A DNA stretch of 64,000 bases from Candidatus Sulfotelmatobacter sp. (GTDB taxonomy: Bacteria > Verrucomicrobiota > Verrucomicrobiia > Limisphaerales > UBA11358): NCBI GenBank assembly GCA_035503455.1, contig DATJTK010000174.1, positions 992 to 64,991 on the forward strand, in the 5' to 3' direction. A program made the position numbers and the translations under genes. The notes under the pieces were generated by a model. It was not told where the DNA came from and ran no database searches. It saw only the letters and a program-made list of their open reading frames with translations. Positions 62,385 to 64,000 of this stretch are shown here, piece after piece; the first letter of the stretch is position 1; the number at the start of each line of letters is the position of its first letter.

Positions 62385-64000
62385 TTATTGCGCGATGAGG
62401 CGATAGAATTTCTGGCCGGTCGCCGGCAAATCTGTGACCTGATAGCTTGAACCGTTGGTGGTGACGGGCCAGGGGACGTTTAGCCAGTTGGTCGAAGTAA
62501 GATTCGTGCTTTCCTGAAGGACGAAATTGCCTGCGTTGGTCGTGCTCCAGGAAAGAACCGGATAACCGCCAGAAAGCTTTGCTGTCAATGACGTTGACGG
62601 AGGGGCGCTAAAACCGTAGGTGTAGATGCTCCCATCATCACACGCGGCAAGTTTGGTTCCATCAGACGATGAAGCGATGGAAACAAAATCAGCCTCGGGC
62701 GCTCCGGAATTTATCCAGGTATTCCCTGAATCCATTGAAAGATAAACACCCGGCGGATCGGAACTGCCTGCCGCCAGCCTGCTGCCGTCCCATGAAGATG
62801 CGATAGCTTCCCATTCAATGTGGGGCGCGCCGATCAACGACCACGTGCTTCCAGAATTCGCGGAAACATAAATACCCTCAGTACTGGCTGCGGCGAGTTT
62901 GGTTCCATCAGACGACGCGGCAATACCAATCCAGTCATTGGTCGGAGCGCTTGTCGCCGTCCAGAGGCTTCCTAAATTCGTGGAAACATAAATGCCGCCG
63001 CCATAAACCACCGCCGCCAAAGTGGACCCGTCTGCCGATACAGTGACTCGGCGCCAGGTCTGAGTGGAAGCCGTCGCTGCCCAGGTAATTCCCGAATCCG
63101 CGGAAATGTAAATCTCGCCGCCAGAAACGGCGCCGGCCAAAACTGCGCCATTCGATGAACAAGCGAGAGATTCCCAGGTCTCGTCCGGGCTTGAATAATC
63201 CAAATAGAATATATCGCCGACATTCGTCTCAATTTGGGAACCGCCACTGGGGCCAGCCGCCGCAAATTTAGTGCCGTCAGAGGAGGAGACAACGATCGCG
63301 GTTGAGGCGGCATTCGCGCGGGTCCAGGTTGCGCCCGAGTTCGTCGAAAGCATAACAATCCCGCCAGCGGCCGCCAGCCTGGTTCCATCCGACGAAGAGG
63401 CGATGGAAGTCCAATCTTCGTCAGGCGCGCCGGTTTTTACCCATGCGGCATAAGGCGGCGCGACCAGGCTTAAAGCGTAAAGGCGCAGTTCGCCTATCGT
63501 GTTGACGGCGCCAAAGCCGGCGGAATAAAATAATTCATAAGCGTCGCATGGGATTGAATTGGTTACAAGCCAGACCCGGGTTTCGGCGCCATTTACAAAA
63601 TAACCGGCGCCGATGCCGATTTCAGTCAAGGATTCGCCGCTGTTTGTGCTGCCCTCAAGGGACCACGCGTGTGGTGTCCCGGCAGCGGTTTCACCCGACG
63701 TCAAAGCATACACCAACACAGTGTTTGGCGGGGAAAACGTGGCGCCTACAGTTGACGGCCCCTCACTCTCGTAATAAGTGCTATTGGCGCCGTCAAAAGC
63801 ATTGGTCACCGAATGCCCATCAACCCCTCCGAGGCCGCCCTCGGCAAAATAAGGACCGCTGGGTGGCAATTGCACGAGATTGCCGCCGGTCACGGCGACA
63901 ATGTTGTCCAGTCGCAGTTCCTCGGTATTGGTGTCGCAACGCGCGCCCCAGGCAAAAACATCTCCGCCTTCCGGTACGAAGCCGGTCGTCGCTACGTTGG
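62385..64000 (-). CDS. Large secreted BNR/Asp-box repeat protein with discoidin-like segment; 5' end outside window
   Basis: Repeated S-x-D-x-G-x-T-W boxes (STNSGATWTRA, SADSGITWAAT, STNLGSLWTAT, SANSGSTWSLI, SMDSGNTWINS) and a C-terminal beta-sandwich-like tail. I checked that the frame stays open from 63893 to nt 64000, so the gene is partial. Confidence 0.75.
   Translation of the reverse strand, partial: NVATTGFVPEGGDVFAWGARCDTNTEELRLDNIVAVTGGNLVQLPPSGPYFAEGGLGGVDGHSVTNAFDGANSTYYESEGPSTVGATFSPPNTVLVYALTSGETAAGTPHAWSLEGSTNSGESLTEIGIGAGYFVNGAETRVWLVTNSIPCDAYELFYSAGFGAVNTIGELRLYALSLVAPPYAAWVKTGAPDEDWTSIASSSDGTRLAAAGGIVMLSTNSGATWTRANAASTAIVVSSSDGTKFAAAGPSGGSQIETNVGDIFYLDYSSPDETWESLACSSNGAVLAGAVSGGEIYISADSGITWAATASTQTWRRVTVSADGSTLAAVVYGGGIYVSTNLGSLWTATSAPTNDWIGIAASSDGTKLAAASTEGIYVSANSGSTWSLIGAPHIEWEAIASSWDGSRLAAGSSDPPGVYLSMDSGNTWINSGAPEADFVSIASSSDGTKLAACDDGSIYTYGFSAPPSTSLTAKLSGGYPVLSWSTTNAGNFVLQESTNLTSTNWLNVPWPVTTNGSSYQVTDLPATGQKFYRLIAQ

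Overview
This is a 64-kb stretch of a GC-rich chromosome from a diderm bacterium. The gene content suggests a PVC-group/Verrucomicrobiota-like genome, which is inference and not proven. That content includes PEP-CTERM and BNR/Asp-box surface proteins, GH28 and GH57 enzymes, kdsA-kdsC-lptCAB followed directly by hprK-ptsH, and DUF4912. The intergenic DNA is unusually repeat-rich and is built from short modules such as catcgaa heptamers and GTAGCGCAGGTTTCCAAACCTGC hairpins. About 57 protein-coding genes are supportable. I found no rRNA, tRNA, CRISPR array, transposase or prophage. Most genes are housekeeping, carbohydrate or envelope functions, but three accessory modules stand out. (1) nt 1-5160 holds an AT-rich, translationally coupled cassette: a Dcm methyltransferase, a MORC-like GHKL/histidine-kinase hybrid, and a receiver-domain protein with a HEPN-like RNxxAH motif. 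It sits beside an HNH nuclease and a NERD protein. (2) nt 23658-32034 is a SWIM / HEAT-repeat / MoxR AAA+ / DUF5682 / VWA operon equivalent to the uncharacterised E. coli yehLMPQ cluster. (3) nt 35396-39962 is an operon with two orphan ORFs and two ATP-dependent DNA ligases, one of them an unusual SWIM-ligase-WGR fusion. Modules (2) and (3) share the SWIM and WGR themes that also sit beside yehLMPQ in E. coli, so they may form one larger system. All functional calls rest on reading motifs in the supplied translations. None was verified by a database search.
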